Shown one piece after another: positions 42,496 through 53,983 of a stretch of 64,000 nt of DNA. The notes below the pieces were generated by a model. It saw only the letters and a program-made list of their open reading frames with translations, made no database searches and was not told the DNA's origin. Both the position numbers and the translations under genes were made by a program. The stretch spans positions 3,680,001 to 3,744,000 of the forward strand of contig CAWIAD010000002.1 of assembly GCA_963833985.1 (NCBI GenBank), written 5' to 3'. Position 1 is the stretch's first letter. Every line of letters begins with the position of its first letter. The stretch comes from an uncultured Planctomycetaceae bacterium (GTDB taxonomy: Bacteria; Planctomycetota; Planctomycetia; Isosphaerales; Isosphaeraceae).

Positions 42496-44114
42496 ATGTC
42501 GTCCAAACACGCCCTCATCCTGTTAATCATTGCCTCCGCCCTGCTGCGTCTGCTCGCTGCGGGAGTTCTGGGCCTCGGCAATGACGAAGCCTACCACTTC
42601 CTGTACGCTGTCCATCCCGCCTTCAGTTACTACGATCATCCACCGATGCTTGCTTGGATTGAGAGCGTCGGGCTGAATCTTTTGTCCTCGCCCTTCTCCA
42701 TTCTGGCGTTGCGCAGGGCTTCATCATCCTTTTTGCCGGTTCCACGGTCCTGATGTGGCGGGTCGCGGGGCGCTGGTACGGCCCTCGTGCCGCCTTCCTC
42801 GCCGCGTTCGGGCTCAATGTCACGGCCTACTACGGGCTGGCCGTCTCGACCTTTGCCCTGCCCGACGGACCCCTCTTGTTCTTCTGGCTGCTCACGCTGG
42901 ACCGCCTCAGCCGCGCGATGGAGCAGCCGTCCAGGACATGGCCCTGGATCGGGGTCGGCCTGGCGTGGGGCGGCGCAATGCTCAGCAAGTATCACGCAGT
43001 CTTCCTGCCGGCTGGCATGGTCTTGCTGCTGCTGCTTCACAGGCCCCTGCGGCACTGGCTCTTCAGGCCCGGGCCCTACATTGCTGCCGGCCTGGGATGC
43101 CTGGTCTTCAGTCCCGTGCTCGTCTGGAACGCCAGCCACCACTGGGCCTCGTTCCTGTTCCAGGGGGGCCGGGCCGTGGGCGGGTTGGTTCCCCATCCTG
43201 ATTACCTGGCCACCGCCTTGCTGGCACAGGCAGGCTACCTGTTGCCGTGGATCTGGATCCCGCTCGTGGTTCTCCTGTATCAGCATGTGAGGAACTGGAA
43301 CCGTCTCGGGAACGACCACGAGCGGCTGGCACTTTGCCTGTCGGTCCTGCCGGTCGCGGCGTTCACGGGGGTCGCCTGTTTCCGGCCCGTGCTCCCGCAC
43401 TGGGGACTGATCGGCCTGGTGTCGCTCCTTCCGGCGCTCGGCGATTCATGGAGCAAGCAGCTCGACCGCCATCACGCGCGTGCCCTGCGCGGGCTCTGCT
43501 TCGCGGCGGTCTTCCCGGTGTTGCTCATGGGCCTGACGATCATCGAGCACCGCACCGGCTGGCTACAGCGCGGGGGCCCCGCGCGATGGGGCCTGTTCGA
43601 GGCCCGCAACGATCCCACGGCGGATCTCTACGGTTGGGACCTCGTGGCCGAGCGCCTTGAAGAGCTGGGCGTCCTCGACGAGCCCAATACCTTTCTCTTC
43701 ACACGCAACTGGTACCAGAGTGCGCAGCTCGCTCACGCCATCCGGCTCAGGCTTCCCGTACTCTGCTACAACCTGGACGACCCGCGCGGGTTCGCCTTCT
43801 GGAGCAAGCCGGACGACTGGCTGGGCCACGACGGCATCCTGCTGGTGATCAACGATGACTTCGTACCCGTGTCGTTCTACCGACCCTGGTTCCAGGACGT
43901 GGTGCCGCTGGCCGAGTTCACCATCGAGCGCAGTGGCCGCCTCATGCGCAAGGTCCAGGTATACCGGCTGATTCAGCAACGGGCACCGTTTCCTTTCGAC
44001 TTCTCCCCCGAGCGGCTGGCCGCGCGCGAGGCCTTGCGGGCCGGCGGTCATCCGCTGGGTCCACTCCGCCGGACGGTGCAGGGCACGGCCCCGGGCGGCA
44101 CGTTGCGACGCTGA
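42496..44114 (+). CDS. Glycosyltransferase family 39 / ArnT-like (frameshift near 42715)
   Basis: LGNDEAYHFLY..HP..SYYDHPPM in the first ORF; PDGPLLFFW, LSKYHA, PVLVWNASHHW.SF.FQ in the second. Confidence 0.85.
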
Positions 44115-44169
44115 TCTCTGCCGGCCCTGGCGATTTCCCAACCGCCGCCCGTCTGATTAAGATGAGTCA

Positions 44170-44754
44170 TTGATTGGCCCACACGCGCGAGCCGTTCCGG
44201 AGGCGACCCGATTGGACTGGCATGCGACGACAATTCTGGCGGTCCGCAAGGCGGGCAAGGTTGCCATGGGAGGCGACGGGCAGGTGACGCTCGGCACCCA
44301 GGTGATGAAGGCCGACGCGGTCAAGGTCCGCAAGCTGCTGGATGGTCAGGTGCTGGTCGGCTTTGCGGGATCCGCGGCCGACGGCTTCGCCCTGCTGGAA
44401 CGATTCGAGGGCAAGCTCAAGGATCATCCCAACAACGTTCCGCGCACGGCGACCGAGCTGGCCAAGCTCTGGCGGACCGACCGGATGCTGCGCCGGCTGG
44501 AAGCAGTGCTCCTGGTGGTGGACTCGCGGCACAGTCTGCTGCTGAGCGGCTCTGGCGACGTGATCCAGCCCAGCGACGGCATCCTGGCGACAGGCTCCGG
44601 CGGAGGCTATGCGCTGGCGGCCGCCCGGGCACTGCTGAAGCATACGGGGCTCTCGGCCGCCGAGATCGTCCGCGAGTCACTGGCCATCGCCGGGGGAATC
44701 GACATCTATACCAACGGCAACCTGACGGTGGAGGAGCTGGAAAGCCTGAGTTGA
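44170..44754 (+). CDS. hslV: ATP-dependent protease subunit HslV
   Basis: [57 protein letters not shown]. Confidence 0.96.
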   Translation: MIGPHARAVPEATRLDWHATTILAVRKAGKVAMGGDGQVTLGTQVMKADAVKVRKLLDGQVLVGFAGSAADGFALLERFEGKLKDHPNNVPRTATELAKLWRTDRMLRRLEAVLLVVDSRHSLLLSGSGDVIQPSDGILATGSGGGYALAAARALLKHTGLSAAEIVRESLAIAGGIDIYTNGNLTVEELESLS

Positions 44755-44861
44755 CGGGTGGGAGCCCGTTCTTCTCTCTCTATCGCTTCTGCCAGAGCCG
44801 GAGAGATCGCCGGAAGCTCCGCAGTATTCATGGGACACCCGATTGGTCTGGAGCCATTGCC

Positions 44862-46239
44862 GTGCATGAGTACAAACCCGAGTTGACTCCCCGGCAGATC
44901 GTCACCGAACTGGACCGCGATATCGTGGGCCAGGCCGACGCCAAGCGGGCCGTGGCCATTGCCCTGCGGAACAGGTGGCGCCGGCGCCAGTTACAGGAAG
45001 ATCTGCGCGCCCAGGTCACTCCCAAGAACATCCTCCTGATCGGGCCGACCGGTGTGGGCAAGACCGAGATCGCCCGCAGGCTGGCCATGCTCGTGGGGGC
45101 GCCGTTCGTCAAGACCGAGGCCACGAAGTACACCGAGGTCGGGTATTACGGCCGCGACGTCGAGAGCCTGATTCGCGACCTGGTCGAGGCGGCGATCCTG
45201 CTGGTGCGAACCGCCGAGCGGCAGACCGTTGAAGAGCAGGCGAAGCTGCGGGTCGAGCAGAAACTTCTGGACCTGCTGCTGCCGCCTGCACCCCATCAGC
45301 CGGCGAACTGGAGCGACACCGAAGCGGCCCAGGCCGATGAGGCCTCCGAGCGCCGCCAGCGCTCGCGAGAGAAGATGAAGAACCGGCTGCTCGCCGGCGA
45401 GCTCGAGGACCGCGACATCGAGGTTACCATCCCCGGCCGCACGGGTGCGCCGATCTCGATCATGGGCGCGGCCAACATGGAGCAGATGGAGATGGATCTC
45501 CAGAGCATGTTCGAGAAGATCATGCCGAAGCAGACGCAAACCCGCCGCCTGACGGTACGCGAGGCCCGGCCCATTTTGCTTCAGCAAGAGACCGATGCAC
45601 TCATCGACCCCGAGAAGATCAACCAGGCCGCCGTCCGTCTGACCGAGGATTCCGGGATCGTCTTCATCGACGAACTCGACAAGATCGCGGGTGACGAGGG
45701 TGCCGTACGGGGCCCGGACGTGTCGCGCCAGGGAGTGCAACGCGACCTGCTGCCCATCGTCGAAGGAACCACCGTGAACACCAAGTACGGACCCGTGAAG
45801 ACCGACCACGTCCTGTTCGTGGCCGCCGGGGCCTTTCATCGCTCCAAGCCTTCCGACCTGATGCCGGAGCTACAGGGACGGTTTCCGATCCGCGTCGAGA
45901 TGCACGACCTGGCGCGCGACGACTTCGCGCGGATCCTGCGCGAGCCCCGGGCATCGCTGCTGCGGCAATACGAGGCATTGCTGGGGGCCGAAGGCGTCAC
46001 GCTCCAGTTCACCAGCGCGGCCATCGAAGCCATGGCCGACCTGGCGTTCCTGGTCAACAGGACCACGCAGAACATCGGTGCACGCCGCCTGCACACCATT
46101 CTCGAGCGCGTTCTCGAAGACATCAGCTTCGAAAGCGCCCGACCGCCAGAACGAGACCATCGTGATCGATGAACCGCTCGTCCGCGAACGGCTCGAGACC
46201 CTCTCGAAGGACGAGGACCTGAGCCGGTACATCCTCTGA
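44862..46239 (+). CDS. hslU: ATP-dependent protease ATPase subunit HslU (frameshift near 46138)
   Basis: LTPRQIVTELD..IVGQ.DAKRAVAIALRNRWRR, GPTGVGKTEIARRLA, GVQRDLLP, NIGARRLHT; canonical C-terminus KDEDLSRYIL* in the shifted frame. Confidence 0.95.
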
Positions 46240-46457
46240 TCGCCCCGGCACACCCTCCACCGTCACCTCAAGGCGCCCGTTGAATCTGGAATCGTGTGTG
46301 CGCTCCGGACGCACTTGATTTCGCTGGTTTCAGAAATTACTATAACTGAAGCACTGCCGCGAGAACCGCTCCAGCAGTGAGACCATTTGTATGAACGTGA
46401 GCGAGGTTGCCACGTCTCATCCGCGTCTTCGGGGTAAACCCAGTGAAGACCACTTCT

Positions 46458-47669
46458 ATGCTGCGCAAGGTCACCAGAGACGGTCACGGTTATTCGGTCG
46501 TTGACCTCAATGACGTGAGGCATGTGCTGGCGGTCGCGGTCCCGCGCGGGGATGGCGACCTGAAAACGCAGGCACAGGAAGCGCTGCGGACAATCGAGGC
46601 CGTGCACGATGAAGAAGACACTCTCGGCTCGATCGTGCACCAGGCGGTGTTCGTTGCCGATCCGGAGCTGATTCCGTCCTGCCGCGCAATCATCCGCGAG
46701 TTTTACGGTGAGGACCTGCCTGCGACCTCGTTCGTGATCCAGCCTCCCTGCCAGGGGAAGTTGCTGGCCATCGAGGCGATCGGCGTGGGCCGGGGCAAGG
46801 CGGACGTCCGGATCGAGCGGTTCAGCGACCAGCTCGTCCGCGTCACTCACAACGCGCTCTCGTGGGTGCACTGCGCCAACATCACGCCGCGCGCGGGCGT
46901 CAGCGGCGTGTACAACCAGACCGTCAGTGTGCTCTCGCAACTCCGCGGGATGCTGGCGAAGCTCGACGTCGGGTTCGACCACATCATCCGCACCTGGTTC
47001 TACCTGGGTGACATTGTCGGCGACGAGGGAGATACCCAGCGCTACAAAGAGCTGAACCGCGCCCGCACTGCTTTCTTTGAGGGCGTGGAGTTCCTGGCCG
47101 GCTGCCAGCCCGGCCTGCCCGAACCGCTCTCTCCCTATCCGGCGAGCACGGGCATCGGCGCGCAGGGCAGGGGCCTCATGCTCGGCTGCATCGCGCTGGC
47201 GACCAATCGCCCCGAGATCGTGGCCATGCCGCTGGAGAACCCGAACCAGACCTCGGCTTTCCACTACGCATCCTCGTACAGCCCCAAGAGCCCCAAGTTC
47301 GCCCGGGCGCTGGCCCTGTCGTGCGGCAACTACGCCACCATTTTCATCTCCGGCACGGCCAGCATCGTGTCCTCGGAATCGCGATATCGGGACGACGTTG
47401 AGGCGCAGACGCGCCAGACGCTGGACAACATCGAGCTCCTGATCTCCGAAAACAACCTGAAGCGGCATGGCCTGCCGGGGCTGGGTGCCACGTTCGAGAA
47501 CATGGGGCTGGTGCGCATCTACATCAAGCGCCAGGAGGACTACGAGAAGACCCGCGCCGTCTGCCAGGCACGGCTGGGCGACGTGCCCACCATCTATGCC
47601 GTGGCCGATGTCTGCCGTCCCGAATTGCTGGTCGAGATCGAGGGGATGGCCTTCTCCCGGCGCGGTTGA
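46458..47669 (+). CDS. FkbO/Hyg5-family chorismatase-like protein (YjgF/Rid fold)
   Basis: RTWFY, YKELNRAR, YPASTGIG, ENPNQTSAFHY...SPKFARA, FISGTASIV, ADVCRPELLVEIEG. Confidence 0.75.
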   Translation: MLRKVTRDGHGYSVVDLNDVRHVLAVAVPRGDGDLKTQAQEALRTIEAVHDEEDTLGSIVHQAVFVADPELIPSCRAIIREFYGEDLPATSFVIQPPCQGKLLAIEAIGVGRGKADVRIERFSDQLVRVTHNALSWVHCANITPRAGVSGVYNQTVSVLSQLRGMLAKLDVGFDHIIRTWFYLGDIVGDEGDTQRYKELNRARTAFFEGVEFLAGCQPGLPEPLSPYPASTGIGAQGRGLMLGCIALATNRPEIVAMPLENPNQTSAFHYASSYSPKSPKFARALALSCGNYATIFISGTASIVSSESRYRDDVEAQTRQTLDNIELLISENNLKRHGLPGLGATFENMGLVRIYIKRQEDYEKTRAVCQARLGDVPTIYAVADVCRPELLVEIEGMAFSRRG

Positions 47670-47750
47670 GCGAACCCCTCCTGGAGTATCATGGATTCCG
47701 GGGGCATGTTCGATGCTCCCCTTGTGTCGACCCCGTGGAGCGTAGGCACG

Positions 47751-50700
47751 ATGGTTCGCCTGCATGACCGTGTTTGCCCCAGACGCTTCGGGTTGCTCGC
47801 CTTCGTCATCACCGTGCTGGCAGCGGGTGGTTGCCATGGGCCCGCCCCCGAAGCACCGGTGCCCGCACCGCCGGCCGCGCCAGCGCACGACCAGGCGGGC
47901 GTGACCGGCGCGACGGCCGGGGCCCTCTCGGCCTTCAACCGCGGAGCGGCCCAGCTGGAACAGTACCAGTACGCGGCTGCCGCGAAGACGCTCGAGGGAG
48001 TCGTCGCCTCGTCTCCGGGCTGGATCGCGGCCCGGTTCAACCTGGGCCTGGCGCTCCTCAACCTGCCCGAGACGCCCGACGCCCTGGACCGCGCCGAGGC
48101 TCAGTTCCAGAGCGTGCTCGCGTCTGAGCCCGAGAGTCCGTGGGCGCACTTCTGCCTGGGCGCTCTCTACCAGCACCGCGGAGAGTATGACCGGGCCGCC
48201 GATCATCTCGCGCGGGTCCATGCGGTCGATCCCCACGACCCCTTCGTGAGCTTTGAGTACGCCGAGTCGCTGCGCAAGCTGAATCGCGACCCCGAGGCGC
48301 TGCGCATCCTGGAACAGGTCGTACAGCGTGATCCGGGGTTCGTCTCGGCACTGTACAGCCTGGGCATGCTGTACAACCGGATGCACCAGCGCGAGAAGGC
48401 GGTTGCCGTCCTGAAGCGGTTTGGCGAGCTCAAGCCCCAGGAGCTGGCGGTCGGGTCTTACGGAGTGGTGGAACCTTATGCCGGCCGGGGCAAGTATTAC
48501 ACCGCACTGGGAGCTGACGGTCTGCCGGTTCCGGCCAGTGCCGGCACAGAGGCGCCCCGCGTGCTGTTCTCGCCTGAGATCCGCACGCTCGACGCACGGC
48601 TGGCGGCATGGACCTGGCACGGCGGCAAGGTGAGCGTCCCGGGCATCGCGGTGGGCGACGTCGATGGTGACGGCGACCAGGACCTGGTGATGGCGGGCAC
48701 CGGCTCCACGGGCCAGGCGCGCGTGCTGCTCAACGACGGCAAGGCGCATTTCCAGGGCGGACCGATCCTGGCGGAGCAGACCGTCGCACCCTGCCTGGGC
48801 GACATCGACAACGACGGCGATCTCGACCTCTGGCTGGGCCGGGAGGGGCAGGACCTGCTGCTTCTGGGTGACGGCAAAGGGACCTTCACCAGGGTTCCCG
48901 CACAGCCCGCAGCCGCCGCCGAATTCCTGACCACCTGTGCGCGCCTGCTCGACCTGGATAGTGACGGCGACCTCGACCTGCTGGCGATGCGCATCAAGGG
49001 CGGGTCGCTGCCCGCAGGGAACGAGCAGGTGCCCGCGGCCAGCCGCGTTTTCAACAACAACCTCGACGGCACCTTCGCGGACCTGGCGGCCAGCCATGGT
49101 CTGGCGCTGACTGGCCAGGCAATCTCGGCTGTCGTCCAAGACGACTTTGACAACGACCGCGACATCGACATGATCCTGCTTTCGCCCGCTGGCCGGCCAC
49201 TGGGATGGGAAAACTTCCGGATGGGCCAGTACCGCGTGCGGGACGCTCAGGAGACACAGCTTGAGATTGACCATCCCGTGGCAGCGACCACCGGGAACCT
49301 GTTCGGCACCGGCAACCGCGATCTGCTCGTCTTCGCCGGCAAGGAGCTGGCCCTGTTCCGGAATCGGGGCCTGTGGCGATTCGAGCGCGACGAGAGCTTC
49401 TCGGCAAGTCACGGGTCGCTGGGCGGGACGAGCGGTCAGTTCGTCGATATCGACAACGACGGCGACCTCGATCTGGTCATCGCCGATGCGCACCGCAGCG
49501 ACGGGACGCGCGGGCCAGCGCTCTTGCTCAATGACTGGCCAAACCGGCGGTTTCTCGATGCGGCCCGCGTCGATCCGGGGAACCTGCTCACGCAATGGAA
49601 GTGCGCTGGCCCCGCGCTGGTCGTGGCCGCCGATTTCGACGGCGATGGTAGACCGGACCTGCTCTTCGCGGCCATGGGCCAGGCGCTGTGGTCCTGCTCA
49701 ACGCCACGCGGGGGGGGAACTGGCTGGCACTCGATCTGGTCGGCCAGCGCGGGCAGGACCAGACCAGCCGTTCGCCGACCTCGGCCCTGGGCGCAAGGGT
49801 CGAGTTCCGTGCGGGACACGTCACGCAACAGCTCGTCGTGGGCACGCCATCGGGTGCCACCGCGCTGCCGCCCCTCCGCCTTCTGGCCGGGCTCGGGCCG
49901 CATCGCTCGGTGGACTGGCTGCGGATCCAGTGGCCCGATTCGCTCCTCCAGGCCGAGCTCGAGGTGGCGGGCAACCAGGTGCTGACGCTGCCGGAGGTGT
50001 GCCGCCGGACCAGCTCCTGCCCGCACCTCTTTGCCTGGGACGGCCACGGCTACGCATTCGTGTCCGACTTCGGCGGGGTCGGCGGGCTGGGTTACCGGAC
50101 AGGCCCGTCCTCCTTCGCTCGCCCCGATCCCACCGAGTACGTCACCCTGCCCGGGCTCGCGGTGCGCGACGGCGATTACGTCCTCCAGGTCGTCGAGCCG
50201 CTCGAGGAGGTCGTGTATCTCGACGAGTTGAAGCTGATTGCCGTGGATCATCCCCGGGGCACGCAAGTTCAACCCCGCGAGATGGCCGCCGTCGCAGCCG
50301 ATCCGCCGCTGTTCGAGCTTTACTGCTTCAGCCAGGTCGTCGCGCCGGTCCGCGCGGTGAACGACTGCGGTCAGGATGTCACGGCCGCGCTGGAGAAAAC
50401 CGATCGCGTCTACGCCAGCCCCGCGCTGCGCGACAGCCGCTTCACCGGGTTTGCCCGCGAGCATTTCGTGGAGCTGGATTTCGGGGATCGCCTGGGTGGG
50501 TTACCTCCGTGCGTGCACCCCGTGCTCTTGCTGGACGGCTGGGTTGAATATAGCACGTCCACGTCCAACTTTGCCGCGAGCCAGGCAGGGTTGCGGCTGA
50601 AGGCGCCGAGCGTCCAGGTCCTGCGTGGCGGCCGATGGGTCGAGCTGCGCACGAGGTCGGCTACCCCGCGGGGATTCGCCATACCATGACCATCGACCTT

Positions 50701-51272
50701 GCCGGCAAGCTCCGGCCTGGCGACGTCAAGCTGCGGATCACCAGCAACATGGATTTGTCGTGGGACCGGATCACCGTGGCGGCTCATCGCCCCGAGGCGG
50801 CCCCGAGACTGACTCAAGCACCCGCGCGCACGGCGGAGCTGCATTTCCTGGGCTATCCCCGCGAGTACTCGCCCGATGGGCGGCAGCCCAACCTGCTGGA
50901 TCATTCCAACGTCGATCCCTCCGACACATGGAGGCGCATGCCGGTGCCTACACCCGTTACGGCCAGGTCCGGCCCCTGCTGGAGTCCGCCGATGATCGAT
51001 TCGCGATCCTGGGCGCCGGCGACGAGGTCACGCTTTGCTTCCCGCAGAGCGCATTCGGTCCCATCCCGCCGGGCTGCACGCGTAGCTTCCTGCTCAAGAC
51101 CGATAGCTTCTGCAAGGACATGGATCTGTACACGGGCGGATCGGCAAGCGTGGACCCGCTGCCCTTCCATGCCATGAGCACTTACCCTTATGGTCCTGCC
51201 GAGCGGTACCCGGAGAGCGCGGAGTTTGTGCGCTATCGCCGGGAATACAACACGCGGATCATCGCCCCTTGA
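47751..51272 (+). CDS. Lipoprotein: TPR - FG-GAP repeats - ASPIC/UnbV - C-terminal domain (frameshifts near 49685, 50650, 50940)
   Basis: Lipobox VLAAGGC; TPRs; many DxDxDGDxD repeats; NWLALDLVG..ALGARVE..GLG..IQWPD; SSCPHLFAWDG; FCKDMDLYT..VDPLPFHAMSTYPY..YRREYNTR. Confidence 0.85.
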
Positions 51273-52488
51273 TGGAGCACGGCGAAAGGGCCGGTTCGGC
51301 CTGGACTGTCCGCCCGGATCGAATGGTGCCGAGCACCACGCGACGACTGTTGCTTCCCAGGCTGTCCCAGGCGATGACTCCGGTGACACCCTCGTAGGGG
51401 CTGACCAGGCGCAGGGCGTCGCCGATTCTGGAACGGTTCAACCCGGCCTTGCGGATCGCCGCGATGAGCAGCTTGACCGCATCGTACGTGTGTGCCGCGG
51501 CATAATCAGGCAGCGCGTGGTACCGCGTTTCGAAAGCAAGGCGGAACGAAGGCGGCAAGGCGTCTGGGTTGCACAATAACGGGAAGAGCACGCCGTCGGC
51601 GGCAGGGCCGGCCGTGGCCGCGAATCGCCTCCGGCCCATGGCGTGAGTGCCCAGGATCAATCCGGAAAAACCGGCCGTGCGCAGTTCCCGGACCAGCAGG
51701 CCCGATGTTTCCGCCCCGGCCACGAGTACCACCGCGGTCAGGCTTTCCGCCAGGACGGTGCGTACCGTCGCGCTCATGCCGGCCCTTTCCGGCGGCAAAA
51801 CGTGCACGAATGACGGAGCGGAATGCCGGCGTTTCAGTTCTCGATCAAGCTCGGTGACGAACCGCCTGGAATCATGATCGGGGGCTGACACAAAACCATA
51901 CTTTCGATCGTTGCAGCGCTCCAGCAGAACCGTCGCCAGCACCGGTGCCTGGAGGTGGTCGCCCGGAAGCACAGAGAACATCCAGGGAACATTCGCGACG
52001 TTCGCGCTGCGGTCGCTACTGGCAGGGCAGACCAGCGGCAGCCGCGCCTTGGCGACAACCTGCTCGGCCAGGTGCGCCGAGGGGCCGTCGCTGCCGCCCA
52101 CGACCGCCCACACGCGATCGCGGTACGCCATCCGGGCGATGAGACCGGCTCCGGTTTTCCAGGGCTCGGCGCTCCATGCGGCGCGGAATCGGAATGGTTT
52201 ACCGTGGTAGCCGCCCTGGGCGTTGGCCTCATCCACGGCCAGCACCGCGGCCTTCCAGAGATCGCCGCTCTCGGGGTCATCCGGATTGTTCGTGCCGAAA
52301 TAACCGAGCAGCACCTCTGACACGTCGGCAGTCGTCTCGCGCTCGCGCCCGGGTCCGGCGTAGGGCTGGGCCTGGAGCCGGAAGTCGCGAAACGGCTGGA
52401 CCGGCGAAGCCCGTGGAGCAAGCGACGTCTGAGCCTGTGCGGTGGCCGCGGACGCCAGAACAGCCAGGGTGAGCAACGGCCAGCGCAT
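51259..52488 (-). CDS. LivK/LivJ-like (periplasmic binding protein type 1) substrate-binding protein
   Basis: Signal peptide; LAVDEANAQGGY.G.PF, VWAVVG, NVPWMF, PDYAAAHTYDAV.LLI.AIRKAG, YEGVTGVI.WD. Confidence 0.85.
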   Translation of the reverse strand: MRWPLLTLAVLASAATAQAQTSLAPRASPVQPFRDFRLQAQPYAGPGRERETTADVSEVLLGYFGTNNPDDPESGDLWKAAVLAVDEANAQGGYHGKPFRFRAAWSAEPWKTGAGLIARMAYRDRVWAVVGGSDGPSAHLAEQVVAKARLPLVCPASSDRSANVANVPWMFSVLPGDHLQAPVLATVLLERCNDRKYGFVSAPDHDSRRFVTELDRELKRRHSAPSFVHVLPPERAGMSATVRTVLAESLTAVVLVAGAETSGLLVRELRTAGFSGLILGTHAMGRRRFAATAGPAADGVLFPLLCNPDALPPSFRLAFETRYHALPDYAAAHTYDAVKLLIAAIRKAGLNRSRIGDALRLVSPYEGVTGVIAWDSLGSNSRRVVLGTIRSGRTVQAEPALSPCSIKGR

Positions 52489-52500
52489 GCGGTTTTTGCC

Positions 52501-53945
52501 TCACTCCCTGGCGCCTGGGGCCGCGGACCTGGAGATCCCCATTTGCTCACGCGAAAGGTACTTCCAGCGGGCCTGCTCGCGCCGGGCCAGGAACACCTCG
52601 CCCACATCGTCGAGCACGGGGCTGAAGCGGATCTCGCCGGTCACTCCTTGCCATGGCTCCCTGCGGTAAGCGATCAGGTCGCGCACCTTCGCCCGGTTGA
52701 GGCCGGCCTGCTGGATGGCCCAGATCAGCATGTTCATGCCGTCATAAGCATGTGCGGCGTACGTTTCGGGCTCCTCATGGAACCGGCGCGGAAGCGGTTG
52801 CGGAATTCCAGGTACATCGGCGCGGTCCGCGTCGGGTCCCACGGGTAGGCGCACACGACGCCTTCGGCATTCGCGCCGGCGATCCGAACGAACTCGTCGG
52901 AGACGCAACGGTCGCACGCCACGAACGGCTGGCTCATTCCCGCTGCCCGCATCTGGTTGAGGATCCTGGCGCCGTCGGCGGCGTCGCCCCAGTGGATGAC
53001 CACGTCCAGGTTCGCGGCCCTGAGCCGCTCCAGCTCGAGGCTGAAGTCCTCTGCGCCGATCTTGTACGCCATCTCGATCTGGATGGGACGCTCGAGCCGC
53101 CGGCTGGCATCGCTGATCTCGCGCACGCCGAATCGCCCGTAACGATTGCTCGCCCGGATGATGCCCGCGCGGCGGTACCCGGCCTTGCGGTAGAGGTAGT
53201 CGACCAGGATGTAATTCATCTGGCGGTCGTCGCCGATGCAGCGGGCGACCCACGGAATATTGGTCTCGATGAACGTCGGGTCGGTGTCGCCGGTGTTCAT
53301 GATCAGGACCTCGCACTTGAGCGCGACCCGGATCGCGATGTGGCTGTTGGCGCCGTCGATGGTGCCGAGGATCGCCCAGACCTTGTCCTTGTAAACCTGC
53401 TTGATGATCTCGTTGGCGGATGAGCCCCAGAGTCCGTTGTCGTTGGAGACAACCAGCTCGAAGGGAAGCTTGCGCTTCCGATAGCCGCCCTGTGCATTGG
53501 CCTCCTCGATCGCCAGCTGGCTCCCCTGGTACATCCTTCTGCCCAGCACTTCCTCATGGCTCTTGCCGCCGGTGGCCGCCGACACGGTCGGGTAGAGCGG
53601 CCCCAGGAAGCCGATCTTCACCGTGGACACAGAGACGGGCTCGGGCACGGCCCGGCCTGCCCCGGTCGCTTCAAGCTGGGTCAGGAAATGGGTCCTGAAC
53701 GGCTCCACGTGGTGAAACGGCTCGAGCTCCTTGACCGTGTGCGCGTACTGCTGCTCGGTCTTCAGGGGAAGACGCGGAACCTGGTAGGCGTTCAGCGCGT
53801 TGATCTCCTCGAGGATCGCCCTGGCATCGGCGTCAACGGCCGGTCCCGTCTCCGGAGGCTTCCCCGGCGGAGAGGAACCCTGCCCGAACGCGGGCGGGAT
53901 CAGCGCAACAAAGATCGACACACAAACAACTCGAATGTATTTCAT
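52501..53945 (-). CDS. Second LivK-like substrate-binding protein (frameshift near 52785)
   Basis: MKYIRVVCVSIFVALIPPAFG signal; VKIGFLGP, LAIEEANAQGGY, VWAILGTIDG, NIPW; continues EEPETYAAHAYDGM..GVTGEIRFS. Confidence 0.85.
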
Positions 53946-53983
53946 ATTATTGACATTTCTTTTTAAAAAGACATGAGATGCTT

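Noticed and set aside
46120..46239. Programmed frameshift in hslU
   Set aside because: No slippery sequence; same pattern as the many other probable assembly indels.
46263..49595. 1110-aa minus-strand ORF
   Set aside because: Antisense shadow of the chorismatase-like and TPR/FG-GAP genes; no motifs, typical of high-GC DNA.
53950..53979. TTGACA suggesting an antisense sigma70 promoter
   Set aside because: No acceptable -10 hexamer at 16-18 nt spacing.
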